Source of the DNA: Candidatus Poribacteria bacterium
GTDB lineage: Bacteria; Poribacteria; WGA-4E; JAJDTR01
Assembly: GCA_965222225.1 (NCBI GenBank)
Contig: CBDCTK010000002.1
Span: 2,144,001-2,208,000 of the forward strand
Length of the DNA stretch: 64,000 nucleotides
Reading direction: 5' to 3'
The notes beneath the pieces are model-generated. The model saw nothing but the letters and a program-made list of their open reading frames with translations, was not told the DNA's origin and ran no database searches. This document shows, piece after piece, positions 20,810 to 30,693 of this stretch (its first letter is position 1; the number at the start of each line of letters is the position of its first letter). Both the position numbers and the translations under genes were made by a program.

Positions 20810-20844
20810 GATCAACTGACCGAATAGGGAGGGCGATAGAGATC
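20810..20844 (+). repeat. 35-bp GA-hairpin unit
   Basis: GATCAACTGACCGAATAGGGAGGGCGATAGAGATC, abutting the end of an opposite-strand unit (GGATTTCTATC). Confidence 0.85.
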
Positions 20845-21021
20845 CTTGTGCGATAGCAAGTCTCCTTGGCTATCCGCTCAGTAGATCGTAATACGTAAAA
20901 ATGACCCGTCCTGAATTACATTGGCATGGCACATGGGTTGATGGCCCCAAATTTAAGATTGCTGACATTACCCGGTTTACATCATTGATTCCGAACAACT
21001 GAAACTGGGGAGGAGTTCTAG

Positions 21022-22260
21022 ATGATTCAAGTTCCGACCAGACGTTTTGGTCGCACGGAGTTGCAGTTGCCCATAATCTCCTGCGGCGGCACACGCTATT
21101 CGTATACGCTCAATAACGAATCGGGCGATTTGCGTCTGAGGAACGATGTTACGGCGGCGGATATTCCGGAGGAAATCCATAGGGGTGTCAGCGCCATTGT
21201 CAATCGTTCGCTGGAACTCGGCATAAACCATTTTGAAACCGCGCACGGTTACGGCTCGAGCGAAGTCCAACTGGGTCAAGCATTAAGCGCAATACCAAGA
21301 GACGAGTTCGTTCTTCAAACGAAAGTCGGACCAACCGCCGATGAGTCTGAATTCTTAACCGCCTTTCATAAGTCCCTGGAAAGACTTCAGGTCGACTACC
21401 TCGATCTCTTTACGCTGCATGGCATCAACAATGCCGAACAGTTCGATCGGACGTTAAGGAAGAACGGCTGTCTGGATTGGGCGTATCGGCTCAAAGATGA
21501 GGGGCTTTGTCGCCATATCGGATTCTCGACCCATGGACCAACTGACCGAATGTGCCGCGTTATCTCCAGTGACCGAATGGACTACATCTTCTTGCATTGG
21601 TATTTTGTCGATAATCGTAATTGGCCCGCGATTGAGTTGGCGAATCAACACGCCATGGGCGTCTACATTATCAGTCCGAACGACCAAGGCGGCAGGCTCT
21701 ACAGACCCTCTCCCAAACTGGAAGAGTTGTGTAGGCCTCTCACACCCATGGCGTTCAATCTGTTGTGGTGTCTCGCTCGTCCTCAGGTGCACTCTTTGAG
21801 TCTAGGACCGGACAGACCGGAAAACTTCGATGCACATGTCGAAGCCATATCGGCATATTACAACACGAAAGAGGGCGAAGAACTGACAGAATCGATAGCA
21901 ACCCGCCTAAAGAACGAGGTCAATTCCGTTATGGGAGATGATTGGTATGATACCTTTCACGTCGGTATTCCCGACTACGATGAAATTCCCGGGGAGATGA
22001 ACCTCATCCACATCTTACGCGTGTGGGGGTTTGCCAAGGCGCTCGACATGTATGAATTTGCGAAGTGGAAATACAACCTGCTTGGGAATGGCAGTCACTG
22101 GTTCCCCGGAAACAATGCGGCTCGGATTGGCGAATTGGATGTCTCGGACGTAATAAAGGATAACCCCTTCGCGGATGCCCTACCAAGCATATTGGCAGAG
22201 GCACATGAAAGTCTCATTGGCGAACCCGTCAAACGTCTAACGCAGGGCGGAAGCGCCTAG
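21022..22260 (+). CDS. Aldo/keto reductase-family oxidoreductase
   Basis: RRFGRTEL, GINHFETAHGYGSSE, LQTK, SLERLQVDYLDL, HIGFSTHG. Confidence 0.9.
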   Translation: MIQVPTRRFGRTELQLPIISCGGTRYSYTLNNESGDLRLRNDVTAADIPEEIHRGVSAIVNRSLELGINHFETAHGYGSSEVQLGQALSAIPRDEFVLQTKVGPTADESEFLTAFHKSLERLQVDYLDLFTLHGINNAEQFDRTLRKNGCLDWAYRLKDEGLCRHIGFSTHGPTDRMCRVISSDRMDYIFLHWYFVDNRNWPAIELANQHAMGVYIISPNDQGGRLYRPSPKLEELCRPLTPMAFNLLWCLARPQVHSLSLGPDRPENFDAHVEAISAYYNTKEGEELTESIATRLKNEVNSVMGDDWYDTFHVGIPDYDEIPGEMNLIHILRVWGFAKALDMYEFAKWKYNLLGNGSHWFPGNNAARIGELDVSDVIKDNPFADALPSILAEAHESLIGEPVKRLTQGGSA

Positions 22261-22287
22261 CGGAGACCGGCGATTGTGGGGGCCAAT

Positions 22288-22692
22288 TCATTCCGACTGT
22301 TCGTCGCTGAATTCAAGTGCCGCTGAATTGATACAGTAACGTTGCCCGGTCGGCGGCGGCCCATCTTTGAAGATATGTCCCAGATGCGCATCGCATCTGT
22401 TGCAAAGCACTTCAACCCTCGTCATAAAGTGACCGTTGTCAATTTCGGTCGTAACCTTGTTTTCTGCCAGCGGTTGCCAGAAACTTGGCCACCCGGTTCC
22501 CGAATCGAACTTCGTCCCCGACTCAAATAGCTCGTTGCCACAGCACACGCATTTGTAGACGCCATTCCCCTTAAAGTCGTGATACACCCCGGTGAAGGCG
22601 CGCTCTGTTCCTTTTTTGCGAGTTACATAATACTGCTCGGGGGTCAACTGCTCCTGCCACTCTTTGTCTGTTATTTCTGTTTTCTCAGACAT
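22288..22692 (-). CDS. msrB: Peptide-methionine (R)-S-oxide reductase
   Basis: GTERAFTG, KFDSGTGWPSF, HLGHIFKDGP, RYCINSAAL. Confidence 0.97.
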   Translation of the reverse strand: MSEKTEITDKEWQEQLTPEQYYVTRKKGTERAFTGVYHDFKGNGVYKCVCCGNELFESGTKFDSGTGWPSFWQPLAENKVTTEIDNGHFMTRVEVLCNRCDAHLGHIFKDGPPPTGQRYCINSAALEFSDEQSE

Positions 22693-22845
22693 GCCTTGCT
22701 CCAAGTTCCAAAATTGCGCTAACGCCGTAGGTGGATGAATGTATCCGAAGCATACTTGGGCGAAATATATTTGCTGGGAGTCGCGACCTTGAGATCGCTC
22801 CTACAGACCGGACGTGCCGGGAAACTCCACTAGTGATGTACTTTG

Positions 22846-23214
22846 TTAGGTACTGATGGCATCTGTGAATGTCAATCTGTTGCCGAAGGGATCGGTAATC
22901 GACATGTCCCTGCTGCCCCAAGGCATTTTTTCTATCCCCGGTCGATAGTATTTGTACTGCTTTGCAATCAGTTCCTTTTGAAACGCGTCTAGTTCCGTCG
23001 TTTCGATTCTCATCGCCCCGCCGGGGCAACAGTCGCCGTGATGCTCCGATAAATGGATGACACACTCGTCTTTAGAAACCTGCATGTAAAGCGGTAGATC
23101 CTCTGAAAAACGGTGTTCCCAATCAACCCTGAAGCCCAAAAAATCAACATAAAATTCCTTGGCTTTCGTTTCGTCGAAGATTCTAAGGATTGGTGTGGCT
23201 TTTCCACAACCCAT
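22846..23214 (-). CDS. Glyoxalase/bleomycin-resistance (VOC) family protein
   Basis: PILRIFDETKAKEFYVDFLGF..DWEHRF..HLSEHHGD..DPFGNRL; RBS GAGG. Confidence 0.88.
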   Translation of the reverse strand: MGCGKATPILRIFDETKAKEFYVDFLGFRVDWEHRFSEDLPLYMQVSKDECVIHLSEHHGDCCPGGAMRIETTELDAFQKELIAKQYKYYRPGIEKMPWGSRDMSITDPFGNRLTFTDAIST

Positions 23215-23356
23215 AGTGTCAATACGCCTCATTTGGCAACCGTTAGCACGGAATGAACTGGAGGAACATAACGATAAGGCACCAAGTTTGGCGTGGTCGG
23301 AGTGTGTTGTCCGGCGCACATCAAGCACGTGACGTAGCAAGGAGAGAACGTTGTTG

Positions 23357-24115
23357 CTAGAGCGTCTTCCAGAACAGCCGAATCGCAAACGCGAGCACGG
23401 TGGCTAGAAGAACGACCCTTATCCACTTTTCTCCCTTGTCAACCGCCCAGTGACTCCCGATCCAAGCGCCTGTCGCATTTCCAACCGCCAAGGTTAATCC
23501 AAGATACCAATTGACCTTTCCGCTCATGCTGAAGACAACGAGTGCGATGACTGTGTAAAAGAATATGACGAACACCTTGATTGCATTCGTACGGACGAGG
23601 TCGAACCCGTTGATAAGAGTCAATGCCGCGATGATGATGAATCCGACTCCTGCCTGAATGAAGCCGCCGCAGATGCCGACCAAGAAAAATGCAGCCATCC
23701 CAACGATTTTTCGGGGTAGGCTCAGGTTCTCGGCTCCACCCTTTAGCTTCTTCGTAGGACTGAAAAGCGTCGTAAAGAGCACCACAATCATGATGCCGGA
23801 GAGGATTCGATTGAAGAGCGTTTGATCTATATCAATGGCAATTCGTGCGCCGATCCAAGCTCCGGCGAGCGCCGGTAAGGAGAGGAGTGCGCTATAGCCA
23901 AAATCGGAAACACCTTTGCGGCGGAATCCCGTGATCGCACTGGCGTTCTGTATAAACACGGCGACTCTGTTCGTGCCGTTTGCTACTGCCGAGGGTAGAC
24001 CGAGAAAGATGAGAACTGGGAGAGCTAACAGTGAACCACCGCCCGCGACGGTGTTAAGGAAGCCGGCGAAGACACCGGTAACGAGTATTAACGGGATTTC
24101 CCAAAGGTTTTCCAT
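23357..24115 (-). CDS. TauE/SafE-family membrane transporter
   Basis: NTVAGGGS, ANGTNR, GGFIQAGVG; multiple TM helices. Confidence 0.9.
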   Translation of the reverse strand: MENLWEIPLILVTGVFAGFLNTVAGGGSLLALPVLIFLGLPSAVANGTNRVAVFIQNASAITGFRRKGVSDFGYSALLSLPALAGAWIGARIAIDIDQTLFNRILSGIMIVVLFTTLFSPTKKLKGGAENLSLPRKIVGMAAFFLVGICGGFIQAGVGFIIIAALTLINGFDLVRTNAIKVFVIFFYTVIALVVFSMSGKVNWYLGLTLAVGNATGAWIGSHWAVDKGEKWIRVVLLATVLAFAIRLFWKTL

Positions 24116-24118
24116 GTA

Positions 24119-24367
24119 TTACCTTTTGCAACCCTTGGCGATTAGAATCACTGCCACTGCGGCAAGATTGCCGAGCAATAAAGCCCCAACCACGCCGGAC
24201 AGCAAACTGAATATCGCCCTGTTGGTGATGTGGTCGCCAAACGGACAAGCCCAGCGTTCGGTCACGAAACCGTACAACGGAATGACCACGCCGAACAGGA
24301 AGCCGGCAACCGCGGCGGTACTAGCCAGATTTTGATATTTCTTGATAGGTACGCGGATTTGGTACAT
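24119..24367 (-). CDS. Small two-TM hypothetical protein
   Basis: Two hydrophobic segments; ends 3 bp before the TauE start in the same orientation. Confidence 0.5.
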   Translation of the reverse strand: MYQIRVPIKKYQNLASTAAVAGFLFGVVIPLYGFVTERWACPFGDHITNRAIFSLLSGVVGALLLGNLAAVAVILIAKGCKR

Positions 24368-24462
24368 TTTAACTCAACCGCGATTGTATCAGCTACGGCG
24401 TTGTTTGTCTAGCGAAAAATCTAGGGTAGTTGAAACGAAGGCGAGAACTTGGATGTGGAGGG

Positions 24463-25464
24463 TTAACTTGGAAGCAGTTCAAATGATTCAAGCTCAAAAA
24501 GCACCTCAACAGTAACGTTTATGCGAGTTTGCAGTTGGGTGAATTTGACGATTCCGATGTCCGGCGCCAACCACTTCTTTGCAACGGTCACATCAAGGTC
24601 TTGTATCTCAAAAAAAGTCCATCTGAAAGATTCCTGCACTTGGAACACATTATCGAACGTACCAGCGGGCACCGTAACAGTTTCTTCCGATAATACCTCG
24701 AATTCATCCAACCCGCCACCGATGGGAAGGCGTTCTGGCACTATTTCTGCTTGAAAGTTGGTCGCCCACTTATTTCCCGGAATCAATGGAAAATTGTATA
24801 ACGGCAGAAAGGGTAAGAACAGAATTGTCCCGTCCGTGCCAGATGTAACATTCTGTGCGTGTTGAACAATCCCATTAATAACCCCATTCTCATTGACGCT
24901 TTCCCCTAGGTAGGAATAATTTCTGACGTTTTCCAAGTTCTCATCAGTGCTAGATTTCTCAAGTACAAAACTCTCGACCAAACGGTCCTCCGACAGGTGT
25001 ATTTGTATCTTATCAACAATCTTGAAGATAACCCTGTTTCCTTCATCGTCACGATACGTCCACGTGTTGCCAACGGCTAACGGATAGTAATTCCCCGGCC
25101 GGGTGCGCCATACCTGAATGTCAAGGGTGCTCGTTGTTGATTTTCGCCCGTCGCTGACCGAAAGTTCAATTTGGTACTTCCTCTCCTGTTCGGGCGCAGT
25201 CCAGAGCGCTCCGGTCGAATCGCCGGCGATCGCGCCGCCCGTCGCCGTCCACTGAAATGTTATCGGATCACCCTCAATATCGACGGCCTCAATTGTAATG
25301 GGAATTTGACTGCCGGGTTCAACAATGTCGGATTCTACTTCAAAGACAAGAATTCGCGGGGCTAGATTGATACCCCCTACACCTTCGTCGCCGCATCCAA
25401 TTGAAAAGAGTAAAAACACTGAGATAAGAGAAACCGATAGGAATTCTCGGTTGAATAGAAGCAT
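24463..25464 (-). CDS. Lipoprotein with PKD/Ig-like N-domain and a C-terminal VTVPAGTF-motif domain
   Basis: Lipobox SIGC; DIEGDPITFQW..WTAP..VSDG; YYPLAVGNTWTY; ETVTVPAGTF; WLAPDIGIVK. Confidence 0.75.
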   Translation of the reverse strand: MLLFNREFLSVSLISVFLLFSIGCGDEGVGGINLAPRILVFEVESDIVEPGSQIPITIEAVDIEGDPITFQWTATGGAIAGDSTGALWTAPEQERKYQIELSVSDGRKSTTSTLDIQVWRTRPGNYYPLAVGNTWTYRDDEGNRVIFKIVDKIQIHLSEDRLVESFVLEKSSTDENLENVRNYSYLGESVNENGVINGIVQHAQNVTSGTDGTILFLPFLPLYNFPLIPGNKWATNFQAEIVPERLPIGGGLDEFEVLSEETVTVPAGTFDNVFQVQESFRWTFFEIQDLDVTVAKKWLAPDIGIVKFTQLQTRINVTVEVLFELESFELLPS

Positions 25465-25484
25465 TGTTGACAATCCTTTAGTAT

Positions 25485-26231
25485 TTAATATGTTGCCCGC
25501 CCGCCACTGATATCGTAGCACTGTCCGGTGACAAAACTAGCGTGGTCCGAGGCGAGAAAGTTTACTACCACCGCCACCTCCTCCGGCTTGCCGACACGCC
25601 CTAACGGAATCTTGCTGATCATGTAATCAACAGTTGCTGGCGCCATGTCGTCGAGAAGCGGAGTCCCAATCACGGCAGGCGAAACACAATTCACACGTAT
25701 ATCATAGTCCGTGACCTCTTTGGCGAGCGCTTTGGTCAAACCGATAACACCCGCTTTGGAAGTTGAATAGGGAATCAGTGTTGGATTCCCCTCCTTTCCG
25801 GCGACGGAAGCAATGCTCACAATTCTACCATATCGTCTCTCAATCATGTGGTCGATTACCGCTTTGCAGCAAAGAAAAACGGCTTTCAGATTGACATCCA
25901 TCACTTCGTCCCAATCTTTTTCCTCCAATTGGGTGAGTGGCAGCGTCCGTCCGGTAATCCCCGCATTATTCACCAAAATGTCGATTTGATGGAAAGCCTC
26001 AAGAGTTTGTTTAACCATGCTTTTTACTTGACTGAAAGCTGTAACATCCGCTTGTATCGCGACAGCCGCATGTCCCAGGTCCTCAATCTCTTTTGTAACT
26101 GTTGCAGCTCGTGCGGCGTCCAAGTCTACCACGGCGAGGCTCGCCCCCGCGCGGGCGAATTGGATGGCAATCCCCCGACCAATTCCCTGCCCCGCACCTG
26201 TTACGATTGCAACCTTACCATTCAAGTCCAT
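25485..26231 (-). CDS. Short-chain dehydrogenase/reductase (FabG-like)
   Basis: TGAGQGIG, NNAG, YSTSK, RVNCVSP; AGGAGA RBS. Confidence 0.93.
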   Translation of the reverse strand: MDLNGKVAIVTGAGQGIGRGIAIQFARAGASLAVVDLDAARAATVTKEIEDLGHAAVAIQADVTAFSQVKSMVKQTLEAFHQIDILVNNAGITGRTLPLTQLEEKDWDEVMDVNLKAVFLCCKAVIDHMIERRYGRIVSIASVAGKEGNPTLIPYSTSKAGVIGLTKALAKEVTDYDIRVNCVSPAVIGTPLLDDMAPATVDYMISKIPLGRVGKPEEVAVVVNFLASDHASFVTGQCYDISGGRATY

Positions 26232-26867
26232 GTGATGTCTCCTTGTGTTTGACAAAGTCTTGGCACACCGCGATGTCCAATTTCAGCAACTACCGAAGTG
26301 TACTCATTGTACCAGTTATTGAAGCTGCCACCAAGCCTCCCGAGTTTTGCCAGTAGGGCAATCGCATTTGATTCTAGAGATCGATGATTATTGAATCGAA
26401 GATGGTATTTTTAAGGTGTATGTACCATGCGAATACCCTTACATTAGAATAACATCCATTCGGAGGCAATAAGTTCCCGAGAAACCAACTATGGCTAGTA
26501 CCTGTACCAAATTTACCTTCACCCAGTTTTCGCCGTCAAAGGCTAACAATCCAATCTGTCGCCTCTCTGCCGATCCAAGACAAGACGTTTTAATGTGTTA
26601 TGAGCAACTCAAGCGAGGAAAATTCTTGCAGCCTACACATTCAAATCGTGCGGTGTGACAAAATCAACCCTCAACCCTCAACTCGGCGATTTGATGATTG
26701 CCCTCTACAATCGCAGGACGGTACGGGGGCCGTCCCCTACTCAGATGCGAATCGTATGACGAAACGTTTGATTGATGTTTGCATTTACGGTGTGCTATAA
26801 TTTGTTTACGACATTCTTCCCTATATACCGCAGTTCTATTCCGCGATTCGATTTCTTTTGAGGGGGC

Positions 26868-27962
26868 GTGATAGTGATTAAATTACACGGAGCAACATAT
26901 GACAAACGGCAATTACTTCGGCATATCGGTGATATTTCCCAGATTGCCGATATAAAACAGTATCAACTAACAGATGGTAACGAGAGCGGAGTCAATGGAG
27001 TTGACTTCCGCACAGGTTCAGGATTAAATTTCACCGTGTTGCCGGATCGAGGATTGGATATATCTTATGCAGAATACAACGGCGTCCCACTGTGTTGGCG
27101 GTCGGGTACAGGCGATGTTGCACCCGCTTACTACGAACCGCAAGGATTCGGATGGTTGCGTGGATTTTTCGGCGGTCTCCTCACAACGTGTGGGATGTTT
27201 CACGTAGGCGAACCGGATGGCAGTGGGCCGCATGGGCTACACGGACGTGTGTCCCATATACCGGCGAAGAACGTCTGGGTTGATAGCCGCTGGGAGGGGA
27301 ATCGTTACATGCTATGGGCGCAGGGAAAAGTCACCGAAACGGCGGCATTGGGCGAGAATCTCAGCCGAACACGGCGCGTTTGGACAGAACTTGGGGCAAA
27401 AAATCTCCACATAGAAGACATCGTTGAAAATCTTGGATATCAAGACGCACCACACATGTGCCTCTTCCACATCAACGTCGGATTTCCGATTGTTGCCGAG
27501 GGCTCCGAATTGCTGGCGCCCACGACGCAAGTGATACCGCGAGACGAGCACGCTGCTGTCGATGTGGACAATCATGCACGGTGCGACGCACCGACCGCCG
27601 ATTTTCGTGAACGAGTTTATTATCACGAAATGGAAGCGGATGCGGATAACCACGTCTACATTGCTTTGGTAAACCGCAAATTTGACGGCGGACGGGGATT
27701 CGGGTTGTACGTGAAATATCACAGGACACAATTTCCGCGGTTTGTCCAATGGAAGATGTGTAGCGAAGGATCGTATGTAATTGGATTGGAACCTGCCAAC
27801 TGTTGGGTTGAGGGACAGGAGAAGGAGAAAACGCGAGGTACGTTACAGTACATCGAGCCGGGCGGACGCAGACATTACGAAGCTGAAATCGGCGTATTGA
27901 ATTCTAACGAAGAGATTTCGAACATTGAGAACCGGATTGCGGCTATCAAGGGTCAAGGTTAG
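26868..27962 (+). CDS. Aldose 1-epimerase-like (DUF4432) protein
   Basis: TVLPDRGLDI, GGLLTTCG, HGR, HINVGFP, QWK, GLEP. Confidence 0.85.
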   Translation: MIVIKLHGATYDKRQLLRHIGDISQIADIKQYQLTDGNESGVNGVDFRTGSGLNFTVLPDRGLDISYAEYNGVPLCWRSGTGDVAPAYYEPQGFGWLRGFFGGLLTTCGMFHVGEPDGSGPHGLHGRVSHIPAKNVWVDSRWEGNRYMLWAQGKVTETAALGENLSRTRRVWTELGAKNLHIEDIVENLGYQDAPHMCLFHINVGFPIVAEGSELLAPTTQVIPRDEHAAVDVDNHARCDAPTADFRERVYYHEMEADADNHVYIALVNRKFDGGRGFGLYVKYHRTQFPRFVQWKMCSEGSYVIGLEPANCWVEGQEKEKTRGTLQYIEPGGRRHYEAEIGVLNSNEEISNIENRIAAIKGQG

Positions 27963-27980
27963 TCGAGAAACAGGGAAACG

Positions 27981-30614
27981 TTGAGAAACATAAGTCGCGC
28001 TCCCGCAGCAAAACGCGTGGTATTGGATAACGGAATGACCGTGATTCTCCAAGAGATTCACCTTGTTCCGTTGGTATCCTTTCAGGCGTATGTAAAGGTT
28101 GGCAGCATTCACGAGGGGAAATATCTGGGATCGGGGATTTCACATTTTGTCGAGCATGTGATTGATGGCGGGACAAGACGGCGCGATCGCGCAAAAATCG
28201 ATGAAATTGTGGAAGCTGTCGGGAATTATTCCAACGCTTACACAACCAAAGACTACACGTTGTACTACATTACGGCACCGACTCATGCCATTGATCCAAC
28301 TCTTGATGTTCTGTCAGATTACCTCACTCAGCCAATCTTTCCACCGATTGAGGTGGAAATTCAGCGCAATGTTATCTACAACGAACTGAACGGCGACCTA
28401 GACGATCCAACTCAATTGCTTCACAATACCTTCTATCAAACCGCATTCCGTAAGCACCCGGTGCGCTTTCCCGTCGGCGGTTCCGCAGAATTGCTCGCGG
28501 AGTTAACACGAGAGAATCTCGTCGAATTTTTCCAACAACATTACGCCGCAAATAACCTAATCTTTGTTGCCACCGGGGATTTCAGCACGCCCGAGATGCT
28601 TGACAAGATCTCTAGTGCTTTCGAGAAACTTCCGAAACGCAGGTTGGCCGCGATTGAGTTGCCGCCCGAACCCCCTCAATTGGCTCCGAGACGCGCCGAG
28701 CGTACTATGGACACTGAGATGGCGTATTTGGGGATGGGGTTCCACACTGTAGACTTCAATCACGACGATGCCGTGCCATTGGATGTGATTTCAACACTGC
28801 TGGGTAGCGGTGAAAGTTCCCGACTCGTTAAAAGCCTAAAGAATCAGCAGCAAATCGCTCATACCGTTGACGTGTGGTCGGAGACGCCACATTATGATGC
28901 CGGTTGCCTCAGCGTGGAGATGGAGGTCGAGATTGAGAACCTTGAGAGAGCGGAGACCTCCCTCATAGAGCAGATGGAGCGTCTCAAGTCCGAACCGGTG
29001 ATGGAATCGGAATTTAATCGGGCGAAAACCATTGACGAGAGCGAATACCTGTTCACCTTGCAGACTGTCGAGGAACGCGGCACAATTTTCGGCATTGACG
29101 AGTTGACAACGGGCGATTATTATTACCATGAGAAATATCTACAAAAACTTTGTGCCGTGACCCCGGACGACATACGGCGTGTCGCGCGATCCTATTTTCG
29201 GAAAGAGAACCTGACAACGGTCATGGTTCGGCCCGATACGGGCAAACCGTCAATCGTAACCACGGTGGATACGGATTTTACATCCGATTTGGAAGCGACT
29301 TGTCCTGTTCAAAATTCAGTTTCGGCGATAACCGGCGAACTGCAAGATGCCGACATATCAACGGGTTCGGAAGCAAGGGATTCAACACCCCACAAGGATA
29401 CACTTCCCAACGGTCTATGTCTGTTGACAAAAAGCGTAGTCGCCGCACCCGTTGTATCAATCCAGGCGTTGTTTTTTGGAGGCACGCGATTCGAGACGGA
29501 GTTCAACAATGGTGTTTTTTACCTCATGTCCCATCTGCTATTGAAGGGTACAACATCGCGGAGTTCAGACGAGATCTTTGAATCTGTCGAAGCGAGAGGA
29601 GGAAGCATCAGCGCATACAGTGGACGTCAAGCCTTTGGGATAGGTCTAAATCTACTCTGTCGAGATTTGGAATACGGGTTGAAGCTATTATCCGATATCT
29701 TATTGAATCCCGCTTTTGATGAAAACGAGTTGAGAAAACTGAAGGAGGAGACGATTGTCAGCATTCAGTCGGAGGAAGACGACTGGTACGCGCTTGGAAA
29801 ACAGCAATTTCTCGAAACAATGTTTCACGAGCACCCGAACCGCTTAAGACCTCACGGCTCCGTCGCATCATTGACGAACTTATCCAAAGCGGAGATACGG
29901 AATTGCTATCACCGGTATTGTGGGCCAGATAATATGGTGCTCGGCGTGTACGGCGACCTCTTGCCACGTTCGGTGAAGGAGATCGTGCAGCAACATTTTG
30001 CGGACTTCCGGTCAGTCAATCTATCTTTTCCCGAAGTGCCGGCAGAGCCAGCCCTGCGTTGTGTCCGCAGTGTCGAACGGCGCAAAGAACTCGCACAAGC
30101 CGTGATATTTCAAGGATTTCGATGTGTTCCTCTTCAACATTCCGACCAAGAAATCGTCGAAGTTCTTAGTTGCCTATTATGTGGAGCCGGACATTCCGGC
30201 GGGCGAATCTACAAGCGACTTCGCCGCGAACAAATGGTGTATTATATCCACGGTTATCCATACTTCGGACTTGAGCACGGATACATATCACTATGCGCGT
30301 CTACTATGCCAAAAAACGTCGACTCCGTGCTGGAACAGATCGATGAAGAAATTCAAAGTTTGCAGCAGGAGCGCGTGTCCAATGACGAGCTAGACCGAGG
30401 AAAGCAGATGTGCATTACGACCCATTTAATCTCGACGCAGACCGCCGCGGATCAGGCATCAGCCGATGTCCTTGATGAACTCCACGGTCTTGGATATAAT
30501 AACTCAACGACGTATGCATCCAAGATAGCAAAGGTTACGGCTAGCGCAATTCAGCGTGCTGCGACCGAATTTCTGGACCTTAACAGGCGTGTCATTAGCA
30601 TCGTCAAACCGTAA
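27981..30614 (+). CDS. M16 (pitrilysin) zinc peptidase, fused alpha/beta type
   Basis: Inverted zincin motif HFVEH, NAYTT; second half LPNGL...KGT lacks the motif. Confidence 0.92.
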   Translation: MRNISRAPAAKRVVLDNGMTVILQEIHLVPLVSFQAYVKVGSIHEGKYLGSGISHFVEHVIDGGTRRRDRAKIDEIVEAVGNYSNAYTTKDYTLYYITAPTHAIDPTLDVLSDYLTQPIFPPIEVEIQRNVIYNELNGDLDDPTQLLHNTFYQTAFRKHPVRFPVGGSAELLAELTRENLVEFFQQHYAANNLIFVATGDFSTPEMLDKISSAFEKLPKRRLAAIELPPEPPQLAPRRAERTMDTEMAYLGMGFHTVDFNHDDAVPLDVISTLLGSGESSRLVKSLKNQQQIAHTVDVWSETPHYDAGCLSVEMEVEIENLERAETSLIEQMERLKSEPVMESEFNRAKTIDESEYLFTLQTVEERGTIFGIDELTTGDYYYHEKYLQKLCAVTPDDIRRVARSYFRKENLTTVMVRPDTGKPSIVTTVDTDFTSDLEATCPVQNSVSAITGELQDADISTGSEARDSTPHKDTLPNGLCLLTKSVVAAPVVSIQALFFGGTRFETEFNNGVFYLMSHLLLKGTTSRSSDEIFESVEARGGSISAYSGRQAFGIGLNLLCRDLEYGLKLLSDILLNPAFDENELRKLKEETIVSIQSEEDDWYALGKQQFLETMFHEHPNRLRPHGSVASLTNLSKAEIRNCYHRYCGPDNMVLGVYGDLLPRSVKEIVQQHFADFRSVNLSFPEVPAEPALRCVRSVERRKELAQAVIFQGFRCVPLQHSDQEIVEVLSCLLCGAGHSGGRIYKRLRREQMVYYIHGYPYFGLEHGYISLCASTMPKNVDSVLEQIDEEIQSLQQERVSNDELDRGKQMCITTHLISTQTAADQASADVLDELHGLGYNNSTTYASKIAKVTASAIQRAATEFLDLNRRVISIVKP

Positions 30615-30693
30615 ACACAAGCAGGTAAATAGGATTACCCAAACTCCAGCGCCCATGTCAAACACTCAGAAATATCCAAAGGAGAAATCCATA

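Noticed and set aside
26370-26475. Possible BrnT toxin remnant (..YIRITSIRR)
   Set aside because: Only a short motif resemblance, with an internal stop, no start and no antitoxin.
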